A DNA stretch of 60,094 nt, filler included, from 10 parts of 10 records of this genome joined end to end with filler, not necessarily neighbours in it, one strand, 5' to 3'. Shown: positions 41,098 through 51,247, counted from the first letter of the whole stretch. Made by a program: numbers and translations. Notes: generated from the sequence alone by a model not told the origin.

Positions 41098-42969
41098 ATG
41101 AAAGCATATCTTGAAAATGAAAAAATTTCCGTACAGGCGGTTGCCGGGACCCATATTGTTCTCCTTGGATTCAATGCCTCTAATCAAGGCAGAAAAAAAC
41201 TGGCCGGGTTCGGTGTTTCCAGAAAAGATCAAAACACAGGCAAAATTAAAATTCTGAAAGGATACCGGCATTATCCTGAGGCAGACCCGAATGCCGATTC
41301 AATGACCAATCCCATTCAATCTTTTTTGTGGGGGGATTACTCGGCTAAACCGGGCCGCGGTTATACATACAGGATCGTCCCGTTCTACGGATATCCTGCA
41401 ATGGCAAAAACGGATGCCGCACTTGAAATAAAAGTTCAAACGGAAGATCCCGATCACAAAATCCATGCGGTATATTTTAACCGCGGGGTTGCCGGCAGCC
41501 AGTACTACAGCAGAAGGTTCCAGCCATATCGCAAATACTTTCTCAAGGAAAAATATGGCAGGCAATATTGGGAAGCATGCATCAGGCCCGAGGATGTGCC
41601 CGGCAATGCAGCATGGGACTGGCTGTCAAGGGGGCTGGAACAGGCCATGATCGGATTTGTCCGGCAGGCTGACGGTCCGGAATACAGTCTCTGCGCCTCA
41701 TTGTATGAGCTGACTTATGGCCCTGTACTGGACTCGTTTGCCCGGGCCATGGAGTCAGGCGCCGATGTTAAAATATTACATCACTCGAAAACAACAAAAA
41801 CAACTGTCATCAAACGGGGGAAACAGGTCGTCGTGCAAGGACTTGATGAGGTGGGTGCCGACGCTCAGGAGGCAATCAGGGCTGTGGGGATCAGAAAAAA
41901 AGAGAACACCCGAAAATGGTCGCGCGTTTTTATCAGAAGGACAAAGGCACAGATCTCCCACAACAAGTTTATTATTCTGCTCAAAAACGGCATACCGACC
42001 CAGGTGTGGACCGGATCAACCAATATGACTGCCGGTGGTATATTCGGCCAGTCCAACGTCGGGCATATTGTCAGGGACAAAAAGGTGGCAGCCAGCTACT
42101 TGGATTATTGGAAAGCCCTTTCCAAAGATCCAAAACGGAAGCCCCCAAGAAACGGGCAGGGGGAAAAAGGGATCAGCAACTGGAATGTCGATTATCAGAA
42201 AGATCTGATCGGCCGCCCTGAGCCAGGCTCGATCACGACCATTTTCAGTCCCCGAACCTCCACTGATATGCTTAAATGGTATGCCCGTCAACTGGGTGCG
42301 GCAAAAAATTCCATACATTTTACTGCGGCATTTGGCGTGAGCAGCGAAATCGGTGCTGAGCTGATCAAGATACCAAAAGATACCTTGAAGGGACCGGTTG
42401 TCCGGCAGGTGCTGCTGGAAAGCAGGAAAAGCAAAAAACAGTCAGAGAATCTCAAGTATCGAGCCAAACAGGCCGGGAAACCGATTCCCCTGGATTATTA
42501 CGATTTCATCAAAGTGTCCGGCAACCAGATTGCATACGGGGATCTGCTGGAAAACCGGGAGTTGGAAAAAGAGGCCGGCACACAGGAATTTTACCAGGAG
42601 TATCTGACCGGCCTGAACACATATGTGGATTATCTGCATACCAAATATCTTCTGGTGGACCCCCTGACCGACAACCCGCTGGTCATTTCTGGATCTGCCA
42701 ACTTCAGTGATGCCTCAACCGTGTCCAATGATGAAAACATGCTGGTGATAGAGGGCAATACACGTGTGGCAGACATGTTCCTGACAGAGTTTGTAAGATT
42801 GTTCCGCCACTTCAGCAACCGGAATATCCTCAACAACCTGAGTCGGGATGAACGCAAAAAAACGGTTTGCCTCTCCACAGATGATTCATGGACCGATAAA
42901 TATTACTCAAAGGGCACGCCCGAATATAATGAGCGGATTTTATTCGGCACTAAAAAAGCCGGGTATTAA
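41098..42969 (+). CDS. Phospholipase D/Nuc-superfamily protein with two HxK motifs
   Basis: HNKFIILL..TGSTN and HTKYLLVD..SGSANFS..NDEN; AAGGAG RBS; no signal peptide. Confidence 0.88.
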   Translation: MKAYLENEKISVQAVAGTHIVLLGFNASNQGRKKLAGFGVSRKDQNTGKIKILKGYRHYPEADPNADSMTNPIQSFLWGDYSAKPGRGYTYRIVPFYGYPAMAKTDAALEIKVQTEDPDHKIHAVYFNRGVAGSQYYSRRFQPYRKYFLKEKYGRQYWEACIRPEDVPGNAAWDWLSRGLEQAMIGFVRQADGPEYSLCASLYELTYGPVLDSFARAMESGADVKILHHSKTTKTTVIKRGKQVVVQGLDEVGADAQEAIRAVGIRKKENTRKWSRVFIRRTKAQISHNKFIILLKNGIPTQVWTGSTNMTAGGIFGQSNVGHIVRDKKVAASYLDYWKALSKDPKRKPPRNGQGEKGISNWNVDYQKDLIGRPEPGSITTIFSPRTSTDMLKWYARQLGAAKNSIHFTAAFGVSSEIGAELIKIPKDTLKGPVVRQVLLESRKSKKQSENLKYRAKQAGKPIPLDYYDFIKVSGNQIAYGDLLENRELEKEAGTQEFYQEYLTGLNTYVDYLHTKYLLVDPLTDNPLVISGSANFSDASTVSNDENMLVIEGNTRVADMFLTEFVRLFRHFSNRNILNNLSRDERKKTVCLSTDDSWTDKYYSKGTPEYNERILFGTKKAGY

Positions 42970-43085
42970 TATACTGGCTGATTTAAAGCTTAAGTTGAAT
43001 ATCCGAAGAATTTACATTGGGCGGATCATGGTTACCTATATCCCAAAGCCCAAGGTGACCTAAATTTTTTTCGAATTTCTGCCCT

Positions 43086-43436
43086 TCAGGGTATTATGTC
43101 GAGTTCTTCAATAAAGCTGATAATGTGCATCTGCCCCCAACATTTCGGGCAAATAAGCGGGCCCAACTCATAGATTTACTGAATCAAGCGAGCCCAACTC
43201 TGACGGAACTTTTTAAAAGAGATCTTGTTCGGGACAACGGCAGAAATGGTGTCATCCTGATCAGCCTTTCTTCTCGCCCCCGGGATTTATTCGAATACAG
43301 GCCATGATATCTCACCGTCTGTTCATATCGGCCGGGAATATGCGTCACCAGCCTTGCCAGCCAGTCCATGGCATTAAAAGGTTTCCGCGGCTTCCGGTCT
43401 TTCGATGTGTATACGACCTTGGCGGTACCGTCATGG
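43086..43436 (-). pseudogene. IS91-family (Y2 rolling-circle) transposase remnant, C-terminal part
   Basis: DWLARLVTHIP..VRYHGLYSNKSRG; frameshift near 43280; then SWARLIQ*IYELGPLICPKC..M.IISFIE with in-frame TAA at 43176-43178. Confidence 0.82.
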
Positions 43437-43629
43437 NNNNNNNNNNNNNNNNNNNNNNNNNNNNNNNNNNNNNNNNNNNNTTAATTAATTAANNNNNNNN
43501 NNNNNNNNNNNNNNNNNNNNNNNNNNNNNNNNNNNNGTGGCGCGAACGCGCCGGGTGAGGTGGGGATTGACGCCGAATTCGCCCGAATTCGGTGGACATC
43601 CCGGCAAGGGGCGACATATTAACCGGGTC

Positions 43630-44469
43630 ATGACAGGACTGCCGTTCATAAAGATGCACGGGCTCGGCAACGACTTCGTCGTGCTCGATGCCCGCAAGCA
43701 CGCCGTCGAGCTGACCCGCGCCCGCATCCGGGCGATCGCCGATCGGCGCACCGGCGTCGGTTGCGACCAGTTGATCGCGGTCGGCCCGGCCAACGACGGC
43801 ACCGCCCAGGCGCGCATGGCCATCTTCAATGCCGACGGCGGACAGGTCGAAGCCTGCGGCAATGCGACCCGTTGCGTCGCCGCCTTGATCATGGCCGAAA
43901 CCGGCAAGAAAACGGCGGCCATCCAGACCCCCGTCGGGGTTCTGGCGGCCCAATCGGTCGGACCCGGCACCATCGCCGTCGACATGGGCGAAGCCAAATC
44001 GAATTGGCGCGAAATCCCGCTGGCGCAAGCCGCCGATACCCTGCGCCTCGATTTGACCGTCGGGCCTTTGAGCGAACCGACCGCCGTCAACATGGGCAAT
44101 CCGCACGCCGTCTTTTTCGTCGACGACGCCGAAGCCGTCCATCTGGAGGAGCTCGGCCCGGTCATTGAGACCCATGCGCTGTTTCCAAAGCGCACCAATG
44201 TCGAGGTCGCCGAGGTGATCGGGCCGCAACGCATCCGCATGCGCGTCTGGGAACGCGGCGTCGGCATTACGCGGGCCTGCGGCACCGGCGCCTGCGCCAC
44301 CGTGGTGGCGGCCCATCGGCGCGGTTTCGCCGAACGCGCCGCCGAGGTCGTTCTGGACGGCGGGACGCTGGCCATCGAATGGATGGAAAACGGCCATGTC
44401 CGCATGACCGGACCGGTGACGGCGGCTTTCCGTGGAGTCATCGAGAAGAACCTGCTGGGTCGGAAGTAG
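43630..44469 (+). CDS. dapF: Diaminopimelate epimerase
   Basis: KMHGLGNDF, CGNATRC, MGNPHAV, ERGVGITRACGTGACA. Confidence 0.97.
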   Translation: MTGLPFIKMHGLGNDFVVLDARKHAVELTRARIRAIADRRTGVGCDQLIAVGPANDGTAQARMAIFNADGGQVEACGNATRCVAALIMAETGKKTAAIQTPVGVLAAQSVGPGTIAVDMGEAKSNWREIPLAQAADTLRLDLTVGPLSEPTAVNMGNPHAVFFVDDAEAVHLEELGPVIETHALFPKRTNVEVAEVIGPQRIRMRVWERGVGITRACGTGACATVVAAHRRGFAERAAEVVLDGGTLAIEWMENGHVRMTGPVTAAFRGVIEKNLLGRK

Positions 44470-44473
44470 CGCC

Positions 44474-45727
44474 ATGGCGTCGCCCAAGGTTGTCACGCTG
44501 GGGTGCCGGCTCAACGCCTTCGAGGCCGAGGTCATGCGCGCCCACGCCGAGGCGCAAGGATTGGACGACACCGTCATCGTCAACACCTGCACCGTCACGG
44601 CGGAAGCCGAACGCCAAGCCCGCCAGACGGTGCGCCGGCTGCGCCGCGAAAATCCCGACGCCAAGATCATCGTCACCGGTTGCGCCGCCCAGATGAGCGC
44701 CGAAAAATTCGCCGCCATGCCCGAAGTCGATAGGGTTATCGGCAACGCCGAGAAACTGAACCCGGCCGAATTGGCGAATGGCTCTCGCCTGCACGTCACC
44801 GACATCATGGCCATCCGCGAAACCGCCGGGCATCTGCTGAATACGCCGCTGATTTCCGATTTCGGCGCGCGCACGCGGGCCTTCGTGCAAATCCAGCAGG
44901 GCTGCGATCACCGCTGCACTTTTTGCATCATCCCGTTCGCGCGCGGCCCCAATCGTGCCATCGAACCGGACCGTATCGTCGAACAGGTCCGCCGCCTGAC
45001 CGATAGCGGGCATGCCGAAGTGGTGCTGACCGGCGTCGATATCTGTTCCTACGGCGACGACGCCCCCGGCGGGCCGCGCCTGGGCGACGTCGCGGCGCGT
45101 ATCCTGGAAGACGTCCCCGACGTCGCCCGGCTTCGTTTTTCGTCGCTCGATCCGGCCGCCATGGATGATCGGCTGTTTGAGTTGCTGGCCGACGAAGAAC
45201 GCCTGATGCCGCATTTGCATCTCAGCCTACAGGCCGCCGATAACATGGTCCTGAAGCGCATGAAGCGGCGCCACAGCCGCGACGATGCCGCCCGTGTGAT
45301 CGAACGCGCCCGCAAGCTGCGGCCCGATGTGGTTTTCGGCGCTGACCTGATCGCCGGTTTCCCGACCGAGACCGACGAAATGTTCGACAACACGCTGGCC
45401 GCAATCGGCGAATTCGGCCTGACTTACCTGCACGTCTTCCCCTATTCACCCAGACCCGGCACGCCGGCCGCTCACATGCCGCAGGTACCGTCGAAGGTAC
45501 GAAAAGCGCGCGCCGCCGCCATTCGCGCCGCCGGCGATACCGCCCGTCAAAGCTATTTCGAAGGCCTGGTCGGGCAGACCGTCGAGGTCCTGGTCGAAAC
45601 CGGTACCGGTGGCCATACGCCGCACTATGCCAGCGTCGAACTCGATTTCGACGCCGAACCGGGAACCTTCGTTGCGGCCCGTATCGTTTCGGCCGACGCC
45701 GACAAACTGCAAGGAACACGCGCCTGA
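44474..45727 (+). CDS. mtaB: tRNA methylthiotransferase MtaB (radical SAM)
   Basis: TLGCRLNAFE, NTCTVT, GCDHRCTFC; dapF-mtaB-ftsY synteny. Confidence 0.92.
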   Translation: MASPKVVTLGCRLNAFEAEVMRAHAEAQGLDDTVIVNTCTVTAEAERQARQTVRRLRRENPDAKIIVTGCAAQMSAEKFAAMPEVDRVIGNAEKLNPAELANGSRLHVTDIMAIRETAGHLLNTPLISDFGARTRAFVQIQQGCDHRCTFCIIPFARGPNRAIEPDRIVEQVRRLTDSGHAEVVLTGVDICSYGDDAPGGPRLGDVAARILEDVPDVARLRFSSLDPAAMDDRLFELLADEERLMPHLHLSLQAADNMVLKRMKRRHSRDDAARVIERARKLRPDVVFGADLIAGFPTETDEMFDNTLAAIGEFGLTYLHVFPYSPRPGTPAAHMPQVPSKVRKARAAAIRAAGDTARQSYFEGLVGQTVEVLVETGTGGHTPHYASVELDFDAEPGTFVAARIVSADADKLQGTRA

Positions 45728-46662
45728 TGGCCGGAAATGAAAACGGCGGCTGGCTTGGCCGGCTGAAACGCGGCCTCAGCCGTTCGTCGTCGAAACTGAC
45801 CGGTGGCATCACCGATCTGTTCACCAAGCGCAAGCTCGACGATGCCGCCATCGAGGAGCTCGAGGACCTGCTGATCACGGCGGACCTCGGCGTCGGCACA
45901 TCGGCCCGGCTGGCCGCCAATTTCGCCAAGACCCGCTTCAACAAGGAGGTCGAGCCCGACGAGGTCAAAAGCGCCCTGGCCGACGAGGTCGCCGAGATTT
46001 TGGCCCCGGTCGCCCGGCCGCTGGAAATCGACGGCACCCACAAGCCCCATGTCGTGCTGGTCTGCGGCGTCAACGGCAGCGGCAAGACGACGACCATCGC
46101 CAAGCTGGCCCGGCGGTTCAAGCTCGATGGTAAATCGGTGGTGCTGGCCGCCGCCGATACGTTCCGCGCCGCCGCCATCGAACAGTTGCAGATCTGGGGT
46201 GATCGCGCCGGTTGCAAGGTGGTCTCGTCGAAACTGGGATCGGACGCCGCCGGGCTCGCCTTCGACGCGCTGATCCAGGCCCGCGAGGACGGCGCCGACG
46301 TGCTACTGATCGATACCGCCGGGCGCCTTCAGAACAAGAAGGACCTGATGGCGGAGTTGCAGAAGATCGTCCGCGTCATCCGCAAACTGGACGAAAGCGC
46401 GCCGCACGACTGCCTGCTGGTGATGGACGCCACGGTCGGCCAGAACGCGCACAGTCAGGTCGAGATTTTCCGCGAGATGGTCAACGTGACCGGCCTCATC
46501 GTCACCAAGCTCGACGGTTCGGCCCGTGGCGGCGTTGTCGTGGCGCTGGCCGAAAAATTCGGCCTGCCCCTGCACGCCATCGGCGTCGGCGAGGGCATGG
46601 ACGATCTGCGTCCGTTCGAGGCCCGCGCCTTCGGCCGCGCCCTGATGGGGCTGGAAAGCTAA
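45727..46662 (+). CDS. ftsY: Signal recognition particle receptor FtsY
   Basis: GVNGSGKTTT, DTFRAAA, DTAGR, TKLDG. Confidence 0.97.
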   Translation: MAGNENGGWLGRLKRGLSRSSSKLTGGITDLFTKRKLDDAAIEELEDLLITADLGVGTSARLAANFAKTRFNKEVEPDEVKSALADEVAEILAPVARPLEIDGTHKPHVVLVCGVNGSGKTTTIAKLARRFKLDGKSVVLAAADTFRAAAIEQLQIWGDRAGCKVVSSKLGSDAAGLAFDALIQAREDGADVLLIDTAGRLQNKKDLMAELQKIVRVIRKLDESAPHDCLLVMDATVGQNAHSQVEIFREMVNVTGLIVTKLDGSARGGVVVALAEKFGLPLHAIGVGEGMDDLRPFEARAFGRALMGLES

Positions 46663-46728
46663 ACCGGGTCTCCGATTGCAGCCGGCATCGGCGACGGGAA
46701 CCGAACAGAACGACGAGGATTTTCGGAT

Positions 46729-47211
46729 ATGCGACACCTCGCCTTGATCGGACTTTCGGTTTTCGCCGTGCTCGCCCTCACCTCGCTGCCCGCTTCGGCC
46801 AAGGACCGGCACGAAGGCTACTATTATCCGAAACCGGCCGCGGTCGAGGTCTACGAGGCACGCTCGGGCATCCTCGACGAGGCCGACCGCCGCCGCCGCG
46901 TCGGCTTCGTCGTCGCCGTCGTCAACGACATGCTGCGGCGGCCCTACCCACCGCCGCTGTCGGTTTTCGTCAAAGGGGAAGAAGCGCAAAAGCTGATCAT
47001 CGTTGCCAACGTTTCGGGTCGTCTCGATACCGTCTATCGGGTCCGAGCCTATCTGGCGACGCTGACGGCGTCGGCCCGCGCGACGCCGATTTTTGCGGAA
47101 TACGAGGTCGAGGACTGGTTCACCTTCCTTGATCTTGCCCGCATGCTGGGGTTCGAACAGATCACCGTTTCCGACGGCGATGCCTTCGCCCACCAGATCG
47201 TTCTCAAATAG
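46729..47211 (+). CDS. Secreted hypothetical protein
   Basis: GAGG RBS; signal peptide ending PASA; no recognised motif. Confidence 0.75.
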   Translation: MRHLALIGLSVFAVLALTSLPASAKDRHEGYYYPKPAAVEVYEARSGILDEADRRRRVGFVVAVVNDMLRRPYPPPLSVFVKGEEAQKLIIVANVSGRLDTVYRVRAYLATLTASARATPIFAEYEVEDWFTFLDLARMLGFEQITVSDGDAFAHQIVLK

Positions 47212-47232
47212 CGCCAAACCCTCCAGCCGGGC

Positions 47233-48216
47233 CTAGCCCGCCGTCGCCCCGTTGGCGCCGACGGCGGACACATGCCTCAAAGAAAAATGAAGCCAGCTTT
47301 CCGGGAGCTTTTTTCGCGCAACCGCGGGAATCAGATCCGGATTGGATTGACAAAATCCGATAAATTCCTTGGCCGCGAGACAGATGCCGCGCCGCAGGAA
47401 GGCAAGGCCCAATTCCTCGTATAACTGCAGGTCCGGAACCGGCAGCACGATCAGGCTGCGATCCGCAAGTTCACGTTGAATGGCCCAGTCGGGCAAGAAA
47501 GCAATGCCGAAACCGACCTCGACCATGGCTCGGATCAAATTGGTGTCGTTGGACTGCAGCACGATATCGGGAACGACTCCGGTCTCGCGGAAGAAAAAAT
47601 CGGCAACGGCTCGAAAGTTCATCCCCTCCTCGAACAGGATGAATCGTGCCGCCGCCAAATGATCTACCGTCAGGTTCTTCTTTTTTGCCAGCGGGTGCCC
47701 GGGAGCGGCAACCAGCATCGCCTCGTGGTTGCCGAGCGTCCGGCCGGTCATTCGCGCGCGGGTCAAGGGGAAGGGCAGGAAACCGACATCGAGTTCGCCG
47801 CTCAGGATATGTTCGACGGTTTTGACCGTTTGCGATGTCGTGCGTACGTCCAGATCGATGTTCGGGTACGAGCTGGCAAAGGCCTGAAACATCGGCGCCC
47901 AAAGGAACGCCGTCGCCGACGAACTGGTCCCGACGCGAAGGACGCCGGTTATGTTCTCCGGCCGCGGGGCCGACCTTTCAACCAGCGATTGGCGCATTTT
48001 CAGGATCTCGTTGGCCACCGTCAGAAGATCGACCCCGGCGTGGGTCAAACGCACTTTGCGGCCATCGCGGACAAAAAGCGGCTCGCCGATATCGTCTTCG
48101 AGGCGGCGGATCAATTGGCTGACCGCCGATTGGGTCAGATGCATATGGTCGGCCGCACGGGTGAAGCTTTCGCGCTCCGCCGCCGACACGAAGGCTTCGA
48201 GGTGCCTGAATTCCAT
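47233..48216 (-). CDS. LysR-family transcriptional regulator
   Basis: SFTRAA.HMHLTQSAVSQLIRRLE HTH; divergent from dctP. Confidence 0.93.
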   Translation of the reverse strand: MEFRHLEAFVSAAERESFTRAADHMHLTQSAVSQLIRRLEDDIGEPLFVRDGRKVRLTHAGVDLLTVANEILKMRQSLVERSAPRPENITGVLRVGTSSSATAFLWAPMFQAFASSYPNIDLDVRTTSQTVKTVEHILSGELDVGFLPFPLTRARMTGRTLGNHEAMLVAAPGHPLAKKKNLTVDHLAAARFILFEEGMNFRAVADFFFRETGVVPDIVLQSNDTNLIRAMVEVGFGIAFLPDWAIQRELADRSLIVLPVPDLQLYEELGLAFLRRGICLAAKEFIGFCQSNPDLIPAVARKKLPESWLHFSLRHVSAVGANGATAG

Positions 48217-48370
48217 CTTCCAAATCCATTAGTACAACTAATCTTAATCATTATAACATGTCGTTTGACTAATGAAATAGCGAATGACAGCATCGTCTCG
48301 TCAATTGGGCTTTATGGCGACAAGCCAACGAGTGGTCTCAATTCCCTCGTTCAATTCATGACATTGGGAG

Positions 48371-49348
48371 ATGCAGATGCGAAAGATCTTGGCATTAACC
48401 GCGGTTACCTGCCTAGTGGCGGGTTTGACCGCGGGCACAACGAGTGCGGCGGAGCGGACATTCAAGGTGTCGCACGTTTTCAACACCACCCACCCGGTTC
48501 ATTCCGGGCTCCTCAAGGCAAAGGAACTATTGCAGCAGAAGACCGGCGGAAAATTCGATCTTCAGATATATCCGGCCGGGACCTTTGCCAATTACAAGGA
48601 CGCCATCAAAGCGGTCAAGATGGGGGTCCTCGACCTGTGCCCCCTGGACACCGCCATCGACTATTACCCCGAATCCGGCGTGCTTCTGTCGCCGTACACA
48701 TTCCGCGACTACGATCACTGGCGCGCCTTCAAAAAAAGCGGCGTCTACAAAGAGCTTCTCGACACCATCGGCGACAAGGTCGGGGTCAAGCAGCTGTCGC
48801 TTTACACCTTCGGTTTCCGCCATGCGACGACCAAGAGCGTCAAGGCGAAAACACCGGAAGATTTCAAGGACCTCAAACTGCGTGTCGTCAACTTCCCGCC
48901 CTATCCGGAAGCGGCGACCGTTCTCAACGCCCACGGCACGCCATTGCCGATCGGCGACGTCTATATGTCGCTGAGCAGCGGCGTCGCCGACGGCCAGGAA
49001 AATCCGTTCACGCAGATTCTCACGATGAAATTCTTTGAGGTTCAAAAGTACCTGATCCTGACCGGCCATATGCTGGCGACCTCGGGAACCATTATGTCGA
49101 AGAAGACCTGGGATTCCCTGTCCGCCGAGGAAAAGAAAATCTTCGAAGAGGTTTTCGCAGCCGAGGCCGAAGCGATCGATCAAGAAGTCATCGACGGCGA
49201 GGCCGAACTGAAGAAGATCCTGATTACCGAAAAAGGCATGGAAGCGATCGAGGTGGACAAGGCCCCCTTCATGGCCCGGGTTCCGCTGGTGCTGAAAAAG
49301 TACCCGCAGTTCAAGGAACTCTACGAGAAGATCCAGGCCATCAAATAG
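48371..49348 (+). CDS. dctP: TRAP transporter solute-binding protein DctP
   Basis: Signal peptide; GFRH, LKLRV, DGQENP, EVQKY. Confidence 0.9.
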   Translation: MQMRKILALTAVTCLVAGLTAGTTSAAERTFKVSHVFNTTHPVHSGLLKAKELLQQKTGGKFDLQIYPAGTFANYKDAIKAVKMGVLDLCPLDTAIDYYPESGVLLSPYTFRDYDHWRAFKKSGVYKELLDTIGDKVGVKQLSLYTFGFRHATTKSVKAKTPEDFKDLKLRVVNFPPYPEAATVLNAHGTPLPIGDVYMSLSSGVADGQENPFTQILTMKFFEVQKYLILTGHMLATSGTIMSKKTWDSLSAEEKKIFEEVFAAEAEAIDQEVIDGEAELKKILITEKGMEAIEVDKAPFMARVPLVLKKYPQFKELYEKIQAIK

Positions 49349-49490
49349 CCGGTTGCGAGCGCAATCTCGAAAAAACCGATTGTCGCGCGGNNNNNNNNNN
49401 NNNNNNNNNNNNNNNNNNNNNNNNNNNNNNNNNNTTAATTAATTAANNNNNNNNNNNNNNNNNNNNNNNNNNNNNNNNNNNNNNNNNNNN

Positions 49491-50349
49491 CCCGGTTGGT
49501 GGCGGCAATGACCCTGAAGTTGGTGGTGATGGGCTGGGTGCCGCCCACCTTGTAAAACACCTTGTCTTCCAGCACCTGGAGGAGATCGATCTGCATCCTC
49601 ATGCTGATTTCGCCGATCTCATCCAGGAAGAGGGTGCCGTTGTTGGCCATCTCAAGGCGGCCTTTGCGGGTCTCTTTTGCGTCGGTAAAGGCTCCTTTCT
49701 GGTGGCCGAACAGCTCGCTCTCCATGAGATGGGGAGGAATGGCCCCGCAGTTGACGTTTACCAACGGCCCCTTTCGTACCGGGCTGTTGGTGTGGATCGC
49801 CCTGGCGGCCAGCCCTTTGCCCGTGCCGGTCTCGCCCGAGATCAGCACGGTCGACCGGCAGTCCCGGATGTCGTGGATCAGGTCGAATATCTCCTGCATG
49901 GGGGGGGACTGGCCGATGATGCTCTCAAACCGGGTCTGTTCCCGGTGCTGCTCCCGCAGGTAGAGGTTCTCCTGCTTTCTTGCCCGGTGATCCATGAGCC
50001 GCTCCAGGAGCACCCCCAGCTTTTCAAGGGCAAAGGGCTTCAGCAGATAGTCATAGGCCCCCGCCTTCATGGCCGCCACGGCCGAGGTGACGGAGCCGAA
50101 GGCCGTGATCATGATCACGTCGATGTCGGGGTAGAACTCCCTGACATGCCTGAGCACCTCCATGCCGCTGGTCTCGTCCGTGGTCATGTCCACCAGCAGG
50201 ATGTCGAAGCGGTGTTTCTTCAGCATCCCGAGGCAGGCCTTGCCGTCCGGGGCCGTCCGCACATGGCAGTTTACCCGTTCGAGCCAGCCGGAGAGTGACT
50301 CCCGGATGATGGGCCCGTTATCGACGATGAGAATCTTTGTCGTGTCCAT
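49491..50349 (-). CDS. Sigma-54-dependent response regulator (NtrC/AtoC-like; 3'-truncated)
   Basis: Receiver domain plus GETGTGK, ESELFGH.KGAFTDA, GTLFLDEI. Confidence 0.92.
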
Positions 50350-50525
50350 GGCGGGGTGCTTCCTGGGTTAACCTTGTTATATCCTACCCTTGCCGTTGGC
50401 CGTTGTAAAGGCAGGCCTGCCTGTTGTGCCTGAAAAATATTGTCTTGGGCCGCCTGGTTTGTTACCGTGGTCGCTTAAAACAAGGAGGATGATGTGCAGA
50501 CAATAGAAGGGATGGGGGCGTTCAA

Positions 50526-51128
50526 GTGAGCGATTTTTACATCATAGACCAGGGCAGGACCGTGACCATGAAGATCAAGCGGTCCGAGTTTATCTGTGTG
50601 CTTGAGCCCGTCACCACGGTGGACGATGCCAAGGCGTTCATCTCCGCCGTATCCGCCCGGCACCGGCAGGCCAACCATAACTGCTGGGCCTATCGGGTGG
50701 GTGAAACAGGGGAGATGAGCCATTGTTCGGACAATGGGGAGCCCTCGGGCACGGCCGGCCGCCCCATGCTCAACACCCTCGCCACCAACGGGCTGACCCA
50801 GGTGGCTGCTGTGGTGACCCGCTATTTCGGCGGGGTGAAGCTTGGCAAGCGGGGCCTGATCGATGCCTATGCCGGGGCGGTTCAGGCTGTGGTCGACCTT
50901 GACCCCCTCACCCGGCTGGTCCGGCTGGAACGGTTTGTGGTCCAGGTGCCCTATGCCTTTAATGACACCTTTCTCTACGCCGTGAACGAGCAGGGCGCAA
51001 GGGTGGTCGATACGGTTTACACCGATATTGCCACCCACACCATCGAGGTGGAGGAGACGTACCTGGATGCCACGGAAGCGATGCTCCGGGGATATGGGGC
51101 CGCCGGCAGGATTGTCCTGGTGGATTGA
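50526..51128 (+). CDS. yigZ: YigZ/IMPACT family protein
   Basis: ANHNCWAY, SDNGEPSGTAG.PM, VVTRYFGGVKLG. Confidence 0.92.
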   Translation: MSDFYIIDQGRTVTMKIKRSEFICVLEPVTTVDDAKAFISAVSARHRQANHNCWAYRVGETGEMSHCSDNGEPSGTAGRPMLNTLATNGLTQVAAVVTRYFGGVKLGKRGLIDAYAGAVQAVVDLDPLTRLVRLERFVVQVPYAFNDTFLYAVNEQGARVVDTVYTDIATHTIEVEETYLDATEAMLRGYGAAGRIVLVD

Positions 51129-51247
51129 GGTTTTTGTTGACATGGACGGAATGAAGTGAATAGATGCTATTCATGGCATATGCCAATATGCTCCTGCCGC
51201 AATGTTGGTTGGAAGGTTTTATCGTGTACACCCCAAAGGAGGTAACC

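Noticed and set aside
43537-43600. Possible structured leader of a divergent gene (ffh often lies opposite dapF)
   Set aside because: Cut by the contig edge; too little sequence to call
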